From: Oscillospiraceae bacterium
Lineage (GTDB): Bacteria > Bacillota > Clostridia > Oscillospirales > SIG627
NCBI GenBank assembly: GCA_034925865.1
Contig: JAYFRN010000030.1
Coordinates: 1,797-65,796 of the forward strand
Reading direction: 5' to 3'
DNA: 64,000 nucleotides
Below are positions 26,606-36,305 of the stretch, in pieces (the stretch's first letter is position 1; every line of letters begins with the position of its first letter). Made by a program: the position numbers and the translations under genes. Below the pieces are notes generated by a model, which was not told the DNA's origin, ran no database searches, and was given only the letters and a program-made list of their open reading frames with translations.

Positions 26606-28387
26606 ATGAAAGGTACGGAATATAAACAGATGGAAAAGAACAAAAAATTGATGCTCGGCAACGAAGCGATAGCACGCGGACTTTATGAAGCGGGATGCCG
26701 TCTCGTATCAAGCTATCCCGGGACGCCAAGCACCGAAATCAGCGAATGCGCCGCGAAATATGACGAAATTTACGCCGAATGGGCGCCAAATGAAAAAGTC
26801 GCGCTCGAAACAGCTCTCGGTGCGGCCATCGCGGGAGGACGCAGCTTCTGCGCAATGAAGCATGTCGGCTTGAATGTGGCGGCCGATCCGCTTTTCATTA
26901 CCGGCTATACCGGCATAAACGCGGGGATGGTTATAACAGTTGCCGATGATCCGGGAATGCACTCTTCTCAGAACGAACAGGATTCCCGGCATTATGCCAT
27001 GGCCGCGAAGCTTCCGATGCTTGAGCCGTGTGACAGCGGAGAAGCGCTTGCGTTTACGAAGCTTGCATATGACCTTTCCGAACAGTATGATACGCCGTTT
27101 ATAATAAGAATGACGACCCGCGTCGCTCATTCACAAAGCCTCGTGCCGCTTTCCGACAGACAGGAAAGGGAAATAAAACCATATGAAAAAAACCCTCAGA
27201 AATATGTAATGATGCCCGCGTATGCGCGTCCTAAGCATAAGGTATGCGAGGACAGGCTCGATTCTCTCCGCGTGCTTGCGGAGAGAACGGATGCGGGAAT
27301 AAACAGAATTGAATATAATTCACCAAAAACAGGAATAATCGCTTCAGGCGTTAATTATGATTACGCAAAAGAAGCCTTCGGTTTGGACGCTTCTTATTTA
27401 AAACTCGGAATGGTATTTCCGCTGCCCGAGAAGCTTATATTCGAATTCGCCTCAAAGGTGGACAGACTGATCATCGTCGAGGATCTTGATCCGATAATAG
27501 AAACTCATGTGAAGGCTCTCGGCATCAAATGCGACGGAAAAAACTTATTGCCAATTACAGGCGAATTCTCACACACAATGCTCCTGGAGCTGTTAAGAGG
27601 CAAAAAGACCGAAAAGCTTTCGATGGACGAAGCTCTGCCGGGACGTCCGCCGGTCATGTGCCCGGGATGCCCGCACAGAGGACTATTCTATACACTTAAA
27701 AAAATGAAGCTGACCGTAATGGGCGATATCGGCTGTTATACGCTTGGGGCGGCGCCGCCGCTCAGCGCCATGGATACTACATTATGCATGGGCGCGTCGA
27801 TTTCATCAATCCACGGATTTACCAAAATCCGCCCAGATGACGCGAAAAAAACCGTGGCTGTCATCGGAGACAGCACGTTTATGCATTCAGGTATAACCGG
27901 ACTTGTAAATATAACGTACAACAAAGGCATATCGACCGTACTGATTCTCGACAACAGCATAACAGGCATGACAGGACATCAGCAGAATCCGTGCACGGGC
28001 TTTACGCTTAAAAACGAGCCTGTTCGCGGGATTCTCCCGGAAAAGATAGCCGAAGCCGCCGGAGTCGATCCGGAACACATAAAAATCGCCGATCCCGGCG
28101 ATCCTGCAGCTCTTGAAAAAATAATCGCCGCGGAGCTTTCCTGCGATTGCCCATCGGTTGTTATCGTCCGCCGTCCGTGCGCGCTTCTTAAATGCGTCAA
28201 AAAAGACAGCTTTTGCCTGATAGACACTGATAAATGCAAAAAGTGCCGCGCATGTATGAATATCGGCTGCCCCTGCATAAGCATCGGAGCCGACGGACGC
28301 CCGGTAATCGACAACTCGCTATGCACGGGCTGCGGTTTATGTGAAAAAATGTGCCGCTTCGGAGCAATAAAAACAATCAAAAGATAA
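26606..28387 (+). CDS. iorA: Indolepyruvate:ferredoxin oxidoreductase alpha subunit
   Basis: 593 aa with a TPP-enzyme N-terminus (LMLGNEAIARG, SSYPGTPSTEI), a GDIGCYTLG TPP-binding region and C-terminal 2x[4Fe-4S] motifs (CKKCRACMNIGCP, CTGCGLCEKMC). The start could be ATG 26630. Confidence 0.9.
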   Translation: MKGTEYKQMEKNKKLMLGNEAIARGLYEAGCRLVSSYPGTPSTEISECAAKYDEIYAEWAPNEKVALETALGAAIAGGRSFCAMKHVGLNVAADPLFITGYTGINAGMVITVADDPGMHSSQNEQDSRHYAMAAKLPMLEPCDSGEALAFTKLAYDLSEQYDTPFIIRMTTRVAHSQSLVPLSDRQEREIKPYEKNPQKYVMMPAYARPKHKVCEDRLDSLRVLAERTDAGINRIEYNSPKTGIIASGVNYDYAKEAFGLDASYLKLGMVFPLPEKLIFEFASKVDRLIIVEDLDPIIETHVKALGIKCDGKNLLPITGEFSHTMLLELLRGKKTEKLSMDEALPGRPPVMCPGCPHRGLFYTLKKMKLTVMGDIGCYTLGAAPPLSAMDTTLCMGASISSIHGFTKIRPDDAKKTVAVIGDSTFMHSGITGLVNITYNKGISTVLILDNSITGMTGHQQNPCTGFTLKNEPVRGILPEKIAEAAGVDPEHIKIADPGDPAALEKIIAAELSCDCPSVVIVRRPCALLKCVKKDSFCLIDTDKCKKCRACMNIGCPCISIGADGRPVIDNSLCTGCGLCEKMCRFGAIKTIKR

Positions 28388-28406
28388 ATAAGGTTAGGAA
28401 TATAAA

Positions 28407-28976
28407 ATGACTAAAAACATAATGATAGTGGGCGTCGGAGGTCAGGGCAGCCTTCTTGCCAGCCGCATAGTAGGCAATGCCGCGATTGAGGCGGGATACG
28501 ACGTAAAGGTCAGCGAGGTGCATGGTATGTCACAGCGCGGAGGCTCTGTCGTTACATATGTCAGATACGGCGACAAGGTCGAAAGCCCGGTCATCGGCGA
28601 AGGAGAGGCGGATATAATCCTCTCGTTTGAGCTTTTGGAGTCCGCACGATTTCTTCCTTTTTTGAGAAAGGGAGGAAAAATAATAACGAACACACAGAAG
28701 ATAAATCCGATGCCCGTCGTCACGGGACAGGCCTCCTATCCGGAGGAATTGGCGGAAAAAATCAGACAAAAGGGCGTAAATATAATTGAGACAGACGCGC
28801 TTGCCCTCGCGGCAAAGGCAGGGAGTGAGAAGGCTGTCAACGTCGTGCTTATCGGATGCATGGCTCGCGACTGCGATTTCACAAAAGAACAGCTTCTGGC
28901 CGCGACACGGGCTTGTGTGCCCGCGAAGCTTGCGGAGATAAACCTCGCCGCGTTCGAACTCGGTTATAACGCATAA
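28407..28976 (+). CDS. iorB: Indolepyruvate oxidoreductase beta subunit
   Basis: 189 aa with VGVGGQGSLLASR and EVHGMSQRGGSV motifs, directly after iorA. Confidence 0.9.
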   Translation: MTKNIMIVGVGGQGSLLASRIVGNAAIEAGYDVKVSEVHGMSQRGGSVVTYVRYGDKVESPVIGEGEADIILSFELLESARFLPFLRKGGKIITNTQKINPMPVVTGQASYPEELAEKIRQKGVNIIETDALALAAKAGSEKAVNVVLIGCMARDCDFTKEQLLAATRACVPAKLAEINLAAFELGYNA

Positions 28977-29000
28977 ATTATAATTTAAGGTAATATTAAT

Positions 29001-30308
29001 ATGCAATACTACAACAAAATGCTTGAAACGGCGCCGCGTCATGAAATGAAAGCGCTGCAAAGCTATAACCTGTCAAGAACCGTAAGACGCATATACGAAA
29101 ACGTACCGCTTTACCGCAGAAGAATGGACGAAGCGGGAGTAAAACCGGAGCATATAAAATCTATTGATGATCTTCACCTTCTGCCGTTCACGGTCAAGCA
29201 GGACTTAAGAGACACTTATCCTTATGGTCTGTTTGCCGTTCCGATGGATCAGGTCGTCCGTCTCCACGCTTCATCCGGCACGACAGGAAAGCAGATTGTC
29301 GTCGGATATACTGAAAATGATATAAAAATGTGGGCTCAATGCGTTGCTCGTTCTCTTTGTGCGATAGGCGCGACGAAAAAGGATTTCATTCAGATTTCAT
29401 ATGGTTACGGTTTGTTTACCGGAGGACTTGGGCTTCATTACGGGGCGGAGCTTTTGGGCGCTGCCGTAATACCGACTTCCACCGGTAACACCGCGCGCCA
29501 GATCCAGATCCTGCGCGATTTCGGATCGACGATAATATGTTCGACGCCTTCATATGCGTTATATATCATCGATTGTCTTAAGGAGAGCGGCATTCCGCTG
29601 TCCGAATTGAAGTTAAGAGCCGGATTTTTCGGAGCGGAGCCGTGGACCGACAACATGAGAAAGCAGATTGAGGCCGGACTTAATATCAAGGCATACGATA
29701 TATACGGTCTAAGCGAAATCACCGGCCCCGGTGTTTCCTTCGATTGCGAATGTCAAAACGGACTTCATGTAAACGAAGATCATTTCGTGCCGGAAATAAT
29801 CAATCCGGACACGCTTGAGGTGCTTCCGGACGGAGAAAAAGGAGAGCTTGTATTTACCTGTATAACAAAAGAGGCTTTCCCGCTGATCCGATATCGGACC
29901 CGTGATATAGCTTCGATAACTCATGAGCCTTGCTCATGCGGAAGAACGCTTGTGAGGATGTCAAAGCCGCAGGGACGCAGCGACGATATGTTAATTATCC
30001 GCGGAGTAAATGTATTCCCGTCTCAGATTGAAAGTGTGCTTTTAGGCATAGGAGAGACATCTCCGCATTATATGCTGATTGTTGATAGAGTCAATAATAC
30101 GGATACGCTTGAAATTCAAGTCGAGCTGTCACGTGAAATGTTCAGCTCGGATTCCGTTAAGCATCTTCAGGAGCTTGAGGCGTCAATACGTTCGAAAATC
30201 GATTCAACTCTCGGTATTTCCGCGAAGGTGACGTTTGTAGAGCCGAAGACCCTGGCGAGAACCGAAGGAAAAGCGAAACGCGTAATAGACAAGCGCGTAT
30301 TGATATAA
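29001..30308 (+). CDS. paaK: Phenylacetate-CoA ligase
   Basis: 435 aa with the adenylate-forming motif [15 protein letters not shown], and a PaaK-type N-terminal region. Sits in the ior operon. Confidence 0.85.
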   Translation: MQYYNKMLETAPRHEMKALQSYNLSRTVRRIYENVPLYRRRMDEAGVKPEHIKSIDDLHLLPFTVKQDLRDTYPYGLFAVPMDQVVRLHASSGTTGKQIVVGYTENDIKMWAQCVARSLCAIGATKKDFIQISYGYGLFTGGLGLHYGAELLGAAVIPTSTGNTARQIQILRDFGSTIICSTPSYALYIIDCLKESGIPLSELKLRAGFFGAEPWTDNMRKQIEAGLNIKAYDIYGLSEITGPGVSFDCECQNGLHVNEDHFVPEIINPDTLEVLPDGEKGELVFTCITKEAFPLIRYRTRDIASITHEPCSCGRTLVRMSKPQGRSDDMLIIRGVNVFPSQIESVLLGIGETSPHYMLIVDRVNNTDTLEIQVELSREMFSSDSVKHLQELEASIRSKIDSTLGISAKVTFVEPKTLARTEGKAKRVIDKRVLI

Positions 30309-30330
30309 GTATTAATAAAGGAGAAACGCC

Positions 30331-30753
30331 ATGATAATCAAACAGATTTCTGTATTTGTGGAAAACAGGCCGGGACGGCTTGCGGAAATAACCGCCATGA
30401 TCGCCGGCTGCGGCGTAAATATCCGCGCGCTCTCCATTGCGGATACATCGCATTTCGGAATAATGCGCTGTATAGTCGATAAGCCTGAAGTGACGGAGGC
30501 GGTGTTGAGAAACGCCGGACTTACGGTCGCGATAACGGATGTCATAGGACTACGAATACCGGATTGTCCAGGCGGACTTGCCGAAGCGCTTAAATTTCTG
30601 GCAGATAAAGGATTTACGGTTGAATACGCATATGCCTTTATTGAAAAGACGGAAAATGACGCTTATGTCGTTCTTCGTATAGATGACGCGGAGCGCGCCG
30701 TCAAGGTCCTGAAAGCCAACGGTTATAAAGGCGCGGAGCCCAGTAAACAATAA
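30331..30753 (+). CDS. ACT domain-containing protein
   Basis: 140 aa with two ACT-like halves (ISVFVENRPGRLAEI ...), last gene of the ior-paaK operon. Confidence 0.75.
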   Translation: MIIKQISVFVENRPGRLAEITAMIAGCGVNIRALSIADTSHFGIMRCIVDKPEVTEAVLRNAGLTVAITDVIGLRIPDCPGGLAEALKFLADKGFTVEYAYAFIEKTENDAYVVLRIDDAERAVKVLKANGYKGAEPSKQ

Positions 30754-30887
30754 AAAACAATATCAGTTTCTGCCGCTTTTAACGAGGCGGCAGAAAACAC
30801 AGCATACAGCGATAACTGATTTATCGCGGCGATTATTATTACCATTTAAATAATAACAAACAGGCCCGAAAGGCGGGGAAAGACAGA

Positions 30888-32873
30888 ATGAAAGAAAAAT
30901 TTTATATCACCACAGCGATTATTTACGCGTCTGGAAAACCGCATATAGGAAACACATATGAGGTAGTGTTTACCGACACCATCGCTCGTTTTATGCGGCT
31001 CATGGGTAAAGACGTGTTTTTCCTCACCGGAACGGATGAGCACGGTATAAAAATACAGGAAAAGGCTGCGAAAGCCGGAATGGCCCCGAAGCAATATGTC
31101 GACAAGGTGGTCGGCGAAGTCAGACACATATGGGATCTGATGAATACAAGCTACGATAAATTCATCAGGACGACCGACCCGGAGCATGAACGTATTGTCT
31201 CGGAGATGTTCGATAGGTTTTATGAAAACGGCGATATATACAAAAGCGAATATTCAGGAAAATACTGTACCCCCTGTGAAACCTTTTTCACTGATAATCA
31301 GCTCAAGGACGGAAAATGCCCTGACTGCGGTGGAGAAGTAACGGAGGCACATGAAGAGGCATATTTCTTTAAAATGAGCAAATATGCGGACAGACTTATG
31401 AAATATATCGAGGATAATCCCGATTTCATAACACCGGAGTCACGCAAAAAGGAAATGATCAACAATTTTCTGAAGCCCGGACTCAGTGATCTGTGCGTTT
31501 CAAGAACGAGCTTTTCTTGGGGCATTCCGGTCAGCTTTGATAAAAAGCACGTCATTTATGTGTGGGTGGACGCGCTTTCAAATTATATTACAGCGCTCGG
31601 ATACGATACAGACAAGTCAAAACAGGGCGAGCTGTATAAAAAATACTGGCCGTGCGATATGCATGTCATTGGCAAGGATATTTTACGATTCCATACAATT
31701 TACTGGCCGATATTCCTTATGGCGCTCGGCGAGCCGCTTCCTAAGAAAGTGTTCGGACACGCATGGTTTTTAAACGGTATAGACAAAATGTCGAAATCGA
31801 AGGGAAATACTATATACGCGGATGAGCTTTGCGAATATTTCGGTACGGATGCGGTAAGGTATTATCTTTTAAGTGAAATGCCATATGCGAACGACGGAAC
31901 AATAACATATGAAGCTGTCATAAAGAAATATAATTCCGAGCTTGCAAATACACTCGGCAATCTCGTGTCACGTACGCTCGCGATGACGGCAAAGTATTTT
32001 GGTTCCGTAATACCCGAGCCGGGTGATCAGAACGATATTGACAGAGAGCTGATCGGAGAATGTGTATCGAGAAGTACAGAAATCATTGAAAAGATGAAGG
32101 AATACCGCGTCTCAGAAGCTCTTGAAGCGCTATTTGATATACTGCACAGAGCAAACAAGTACATTGATGAAACTTCGCCGTGGGTCCTCGCCAAGACGGA
32201 AGAAGGAAAAAAGCGTCTTTCAACGATCATATACAATTTACTTGAAACAATTCGCATAGCGGCGGTATTATTGAATCCCTTCATGACATCGACCAGTGAC
32301 AAAATTCTCTCATCGATCGGCGCGGAAAGCGGAGATTTTTCGCTTTTAGGCTTCGGCGGCCTTGTTCCCGGCGGAAAGGTGACGGATTGCGGCATACTCT
32401 TTACCCGCATTGATGAGGAAAAGCTGCTTAAGGAATTATTCGAAAAGCATAACCCTCTCGCATCCGTATCGGAAGCGCGAACGGAAAAAGCCGAAAAAGA
32501 TAAATCCGCTTCTTTGCCGGAGGGTGTTATATCTATAGACGAATTTGCCAAGGTAAAGCTTCGCGTTGGCGAAATTCTTTCATGCGTTCCGGTTAAAAAA
32601 TCCGACAAGCTTCTCGCAATGCAGGTTGAGCTGGGCGGAGAAACGCGTCAGATAGTTTCCGGAATTGCGAAGTTCTACAAACCGGAGGAGCTTACAGGCA
32701 AAAAGGTGGCGGTTGTTTACAACCTTGCCCCGGCTGTTTTACGCGGGACCGAAAGCAACGGTATGATACTTGCGGCCTGCTCTGAAGCCACAGGCGAAGA
32801 CGGAAGCAAGAACGAAACGGTAAACGTCCTATTTATAGATCCCGCGGTGAAAAACGGTTCGGTCATACGCTGA
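30888..32873 (+). CDS. metG: Methionine-tRNA ligase with a C-terminal tRNA-binding (EMAP-like) domain
   Basis: 661 aa with HIGN (KPHIGNTYE) and KMSKS motifs and a Zn knuckle (CTPCE...CPDCG). Confidence 0.95.
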   Translation: MKEKFYITTAIIYASGKPHIGNTYEVVFTDTIARFMRLMGKDVFFLTGTDEHGIKIQEKAAKAGMAPKQYVDKVVGEVRHIWDLMNTSYDKFIRTTDPEHERIVSEMFDRFYENGDIYKSEYSGKYCTPCETFFTDNQLKDGKCPDCGGEVTEAHEEAYFFKMSKYADRLMKYIEDNPDFITPESRKKEMINNFLKPGLSDLCVSRTSFSWGIPVSFDKKHVIYVWVDALSNYITALGYDTDKSKQGELYKKYWPCDMHVIGKDILRFHTIYWPIFLMALGEPLPKKVFGHAWFLNGIDKMSKSKGNTIYADELCEYFGTDAVRYYLLSEMPYANDGTITYEAVIKKYNSELANTLGNLVSRTLAMTAKYFGSVIPEPGDQNDIDRELIGECVSRSTEIIEKMKEYRVSEALEALFDILHRANKYIDETSPWVLAKTEEGKKRLSTIIYNLLETIRIAAVLLNPFMTSTSDKILSSIGAESGDFSLLGFGGLVPGGKVTDCGILFTRIDEEKLLKELFEKHNPLASVSEARTEKAEKDKSASLPEGVISIDEFAKVKLRVGEILSCVPVKKSDKLLAMQVELGGETRQIVSGIAKFYKPEELTGKKVAVVYNLAPAVLRGTESNGMILAACSEATGEDGSKNETVNVLFIDPAVKNGSVIR

Positions 32874-32875
32874 AA

Positions 32876-33682
32876 ATGGGTATTATAGATACGCACGCGC
32901 ATTATGACGACGAGAAATTTGAAGGCGACAGAGACGAGGTGATTCGGTCGCTGTCTTCGGCGGGTAGAAAAGACGCTGACATCAACCCTCTTGGGATATC
33001 GTATGTGATAAACTGCGCCTCGGATCTCGCTTCATCGGCGGCAGGGCTGAGGCTCTGCGAAAGATATGCCTTTTTCCGCTTTGCGGCGGGCGTTCATCCT
33101 CATGAAGCGGCTTCATATGATTCCGGATCTGCGGATAAGATAACGACATTTTTAAAAAGTCCATATGCGGTCGCCCTTGGTGAAATCGGGCTTGATTATC
33201 ATTATGATTTTTCGTCCAGAGAAAAGCAGAGAGAGGTATTTGCCGCTCAGCTTTCGCTTGCCGGGGAGCTCGGATTTCCGGTCGTTGTACACGACAGGGA
33301 GGCACATGGTGACGTTATGAATATCATTTCGGCTTATCCCGGGACATATGGTGTGATGCATTCATTTTCGGGAAGCCGCGAAATGGTCAGAGAGCTCGTG
33401 AAACGCGGATATTATATCTCATATTCGGGTTCGGTCACGTTCAAAAACGCCGATCGCCTGAGAGAGACTGTTTCTTCTGTCCCACTCGACCGGCTTCTTG
33501 TTGAAACTGATTCGCCGTATCTCGCGCCTGTTCCTTATCGCGGTCGGAGAAACGACTCGAGGTTTATATATTCGACGTTATGCACTATAAGCGGTCTTAT
33601 CGGAAAAACACCGGAGGAAGCGGCGAAGATAACATCGGAAAACGCAAAAAGACTGTTCGGCGCCGATAATTTCAAGGTTTAA
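32876..33682 (+). CDS. tatD: TatD-family metal-dependent hydrolase
   Basis: 268 aa with HAHYDD, GEIGLDYHY, VVHDREAH and ETDSPYL motifs. The metG-tatD adjacency is common. Confidence 0.88.
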   Translation: MGIIDTHAHYDDEKFEGDRDEVIRSLSSAGRKDADINPLGISYVINCASDLASSAAGLRLCERYAFFRFAAGVHPHEAASYDSGSADKITTFLKSPYAVALGEIGLDYHYDFSSREKQREVFAAQLSLAGELGFPVVVHDREAHGDVMNIISAYPGTYGVMHSFSGSREMVRELVKRGYYISYSGSVTFKNADRLRETVSSVPLDRLLVETDSPYLAPVPYRGRRNDSRFIYSTLCTISGLIGKTPEEAAKITSENAKRLFGADNFKV

Positions 33683-33798
33683 TCTAAAAGCGTACTATAC
33701 CTGCCCGCGTCGAAAAATTCATAATTTTATGATATAATCATGTCTATTGTTAGCAGATATTATATTAAGCTATCAACAAATATTCGAGGATTATTAAT

Positions 33799-35010
33799 AT
33801 GCATTACGTTTTTTCAAATAAAATGGAGGGTATGAAGCCCTCTGCGATAAGAGAAATATTCAAATCCCTGACCGATCCGACAATCATTTCATTTGCCGCC
33901 GGAAATCCATCACCGGAATCCTTTCCGACTAAACAGCTCGGAGAGCTTTCCGCAAAGATATTTTCCGACCCGGCGCTCTCAAATACCGCTCTTCAATATA
34001 GTATCACGGAGGGATATCCTCGTCTCAGAGAACAGGTCGCGGCGCGTCTTCGCGATAAATTTTCGATCGGCCGGGAATTTGATTCGACAATAATTACCTC
34101 CGGCGGACAACAGGGGCTTGATCTCGCGTGCAAGGTTCTCTGTAATGAAAACGATGTCGTTATATGCGAAAATCCGAGCTTCATCGGAGCTCTCAACGCG
34201 TTTCGCGCAAACGGAGCAAAGCTTATCGGGCTTAATTCGGGAGATGACGGCATCGATCCGGAGAAACTGGACAAAACGCTTGAAAATGAAAAGCGCGTGA
34301 AGCTTATTTATCTTATCCCGACCTTTCAGAATCCGTCCGGCATCACGACATCTCTTGAGAAGAGAAAAGCGATATATGAGATCGCCAAAAAGCATGGAGT
34401 TATGATCATGGAAGATAACCCATACGGCGAGCTCAGATTTGCAGGTGAGGAAATTCCGACGATTAAAAGCTTTGACGATGAGGGAATTGTCATTTATTCA
34501 GGGAGCTTTTCAAAGATACTGTCAGCCGGGATGCGCGTCGGCTTTTTGTGCGCTCCGGAGCAGGTAATATCAAAAATCGTCGTCGCCAAGCAGGTCAACG
34601 ACGTACATACGAATATTTTCTTTCAAATGCTTTGTTCAATGTTTATTGACGAATATGACCTTGACGGACATATCGCATCGATAAAACGTCTTTACGGTCA
34701 TAAATGCGCTTTGATGCTCTCTGAAATGGACAAGAGCTTTCCGGAAACGGTAACTTATACGCGTCCGTGCGGCGGAATATTCATCTGGTGCGCGATAAAG
34801 ACAAATCCCGACGGAACACCTTGCGCTGACTCCACGGAATTTGTCAAGGCGGCGATAAAAAACAAGGTCGCGGTCGTTCCCGGCGCCACCTTCAATGCAG
34901 ATCAGGCTTTGCCTTCAAACGGCTTCAGGCTCAATTATTCAACTCCCGCCGACGAACAGATTGTAAAAGGCATCGGTTTGCTTGCAGAGTTATTAAACAG
35001 CGGCCGCTGA
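33799..35010 (+). CDS. PLP-dependent aminotransferase, class I/II
   Basis: 403 aa with FAAGNPSPE, PTFQNPSG and SFSKILSAGMRVG (PLP lysine) motifs. Confidence 0.85.
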   Translation: MHYVFSNKMEGMKPSAIREIFKSLTDPTIISFAAGNPSPESFPTKQLGELSAKIFSDPALSNTALQYSITEGYPRLREQVAARLRDKFSIGREFDSTIITSGGQQGLDLACKVLCNENDVVICENPSFIGALNAFRANGAKLIGLNSGDDGIDPEKLDKTLENEKRVKLIYLIPTFQNPSGITTSLEKRKAIYEIAKKHGVMIMEDNPYGELRFAGEEIPTIKSFDDEGIVIYSGSFSKILSAGMRVGFLCAPEQVISKIVVAKQVNDVHTNIFFQMLCSMFIDEYDLDGHIASIKRLYGHKCALMLSEMDKSFPETVTYTRPCGGIFIWCAIKTNPDGTPCADSTEFVKAAIKNKVAVVPGATFNADQALPSNGFRLNYSTPADEQIVKGIGLLAELLNSGR

Positions 35011-35038
35011 TTATATTTATATCAGGAGGATTATTCTA

Positions 35039-36049
35039 ATGCCAGGTGAAACAAAGAAGATCATTTTTTCCGGAGTACAGCCGAGCGGAAATCTCACAAT
35101 CGGAAATTATCTCGGAGCTCTTAAAAACTGGAAAATATTCCAGGATGAATATAACTGCTTTTATTGTGTCGTCGATATGCACGCAATCACTCTGTATCAG
35201 GAGCCGGCGTCGCTGAGACACAGAACATTGGAAACCTTGGCGATATATATCGCATGCGGGCTTGATCCGGACAAGGTTACTTTGTTTGTTCAGAGCCATG
35301 TTCCGGCACATGCGGAGCTTTCCTGGGTACTGGGATGCAACACTATGTTCGGCGAGCTTTCACGTATGACCCAGTTCAAGGACAAAGCTGCAAAAAATGA
35401 AAAAAATATCAACGCCGGTCTGTTCACTTATCCTGTGCTGATGGCCGCCGATATTCTTCTTTACCAGGCGGATCTTGTTCCTGTCGGAGAAGATCAGAAG
35501 CAGCATATCGAGCTTGCCCGTGATGTCGCGGAAAGATTCAACCGCGTTTATTCACCGACCTTTGTCATACCCGAGCCATATATGGTCAAGGGCGGCACAA
35601 AGATAATGAGCCTTACTGATCCGGATAAAAAGATGTCAAAATCCGATGATAATCAAAATTCCTTTGTTCTCATACTCGACGACAAGGATACAATAATTAA
35701 AAAGTTCAAACGTGCCGTCACCGATTCCGGATCCGAAATCAGATATAATTCGGAAGGCGGCGGAATTTCGAACCTGATGAACATATATTCCTGCTTTACC
35801 GGTAAAAAGCCCGATGAAATCGAGCGCGAATTTGCCGGAAGCGGATACGGGTATTTCAAAGAAGCGGTGGGAGAGGCATGCGCTGACGGTCTGGCGGGAG
35901 TCAGAAGCAGATACAATGAGCTGATCAGCGATATCCCATATCTCGAAGCCGTTATGGATCACGGAGCACAAAAAGCATCTGCGCATGCGGGTAAGACACT
36001 TTCAAAAGTATACAGGAAAATAGGGTTTTACCGTCCAAACATAAAGTGA
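35039..36049 (+). CDS. trpS: Tryptophan-tRNA ligase
   Basis: 336 aa with GVQPSGNLTIGNYLGA (HIGH-like) and KMSKS motifs. Only 28 nt after the aminotransferase, with AGGAGG in the gap. Confidence 0.95.
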   Translation: MPGETKKIIFSGVQPSGNLTIGNYLGALKNWKIFQDEYNCFYCVVDMHAITLYQEPASLRHRTLETLAIYIACGLDPDKVTLFVQSHVPAHAELSWVLGCNTMFGELSRMTQFKDKAAKNEKNINAGLFTYPVLMAADILLYQADLVPVGEDQKQHIELARDVAERFNRVYSPTFVIPEPYMVKGGTKIMSLTDPDKKMSKSDDNQNSFVLILDDKDTIIKKFKRAVTDSGSEIRYNSEGGGISNLMNIYSCFTGKKPDEIEREFAGSGYGYFKEAVGEACADGLAGVRSRYNELISDIPYLEAVMDHGAQKASAHAGKTLSKVYRKIGFYRPNIK

Positions 36050-36060
36050 TCTTTTATCAT

Positions 36061-36168
36061 ATTATTAACTCGCAATTAAATTATTACCGCTAAAAGAGAG
36101 AAAAGATTCTTGTATATGGACTTTTCTTTCTTATAAAACAAGACTTATTTAATTGCCGTTTAATAAAT
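36061..36168 (+). repeat. Family-2 AT-rich MITE-like element
   Basis: Left TIR ATTATTAACTCGCAATTAAATTAT and right TIR ACTTATTTAATTGCCGTTTAATAAAT. The copy is 108 bp and collinear with 58203-58310. A further solo TIR-like sequence lies at 36259-36283. Confidence 0.8.
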
Positions 36169-36305
36169 AACGGTTAATTTAAATCAAGGAATATTATCAA
36201 GGCGGCAACAAAATAGCCTTTTGCATAGTCAAAAGCTTTAAATAGCTTTGGATATGTAATTATTTTATTACCGAGTTGATAATAATAAACAGAAAGCAGA
36301 TTTTT

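Noticed and set aside
30754-30887. T-box leaders upstream of metG (and of trpS at 35011-35038 and 33683-33798).
   Set aside because: The intergenic regions are too short (134, 28 and 116 nt). They lack the T-box sequence and the specifier/antiterminator architecture.
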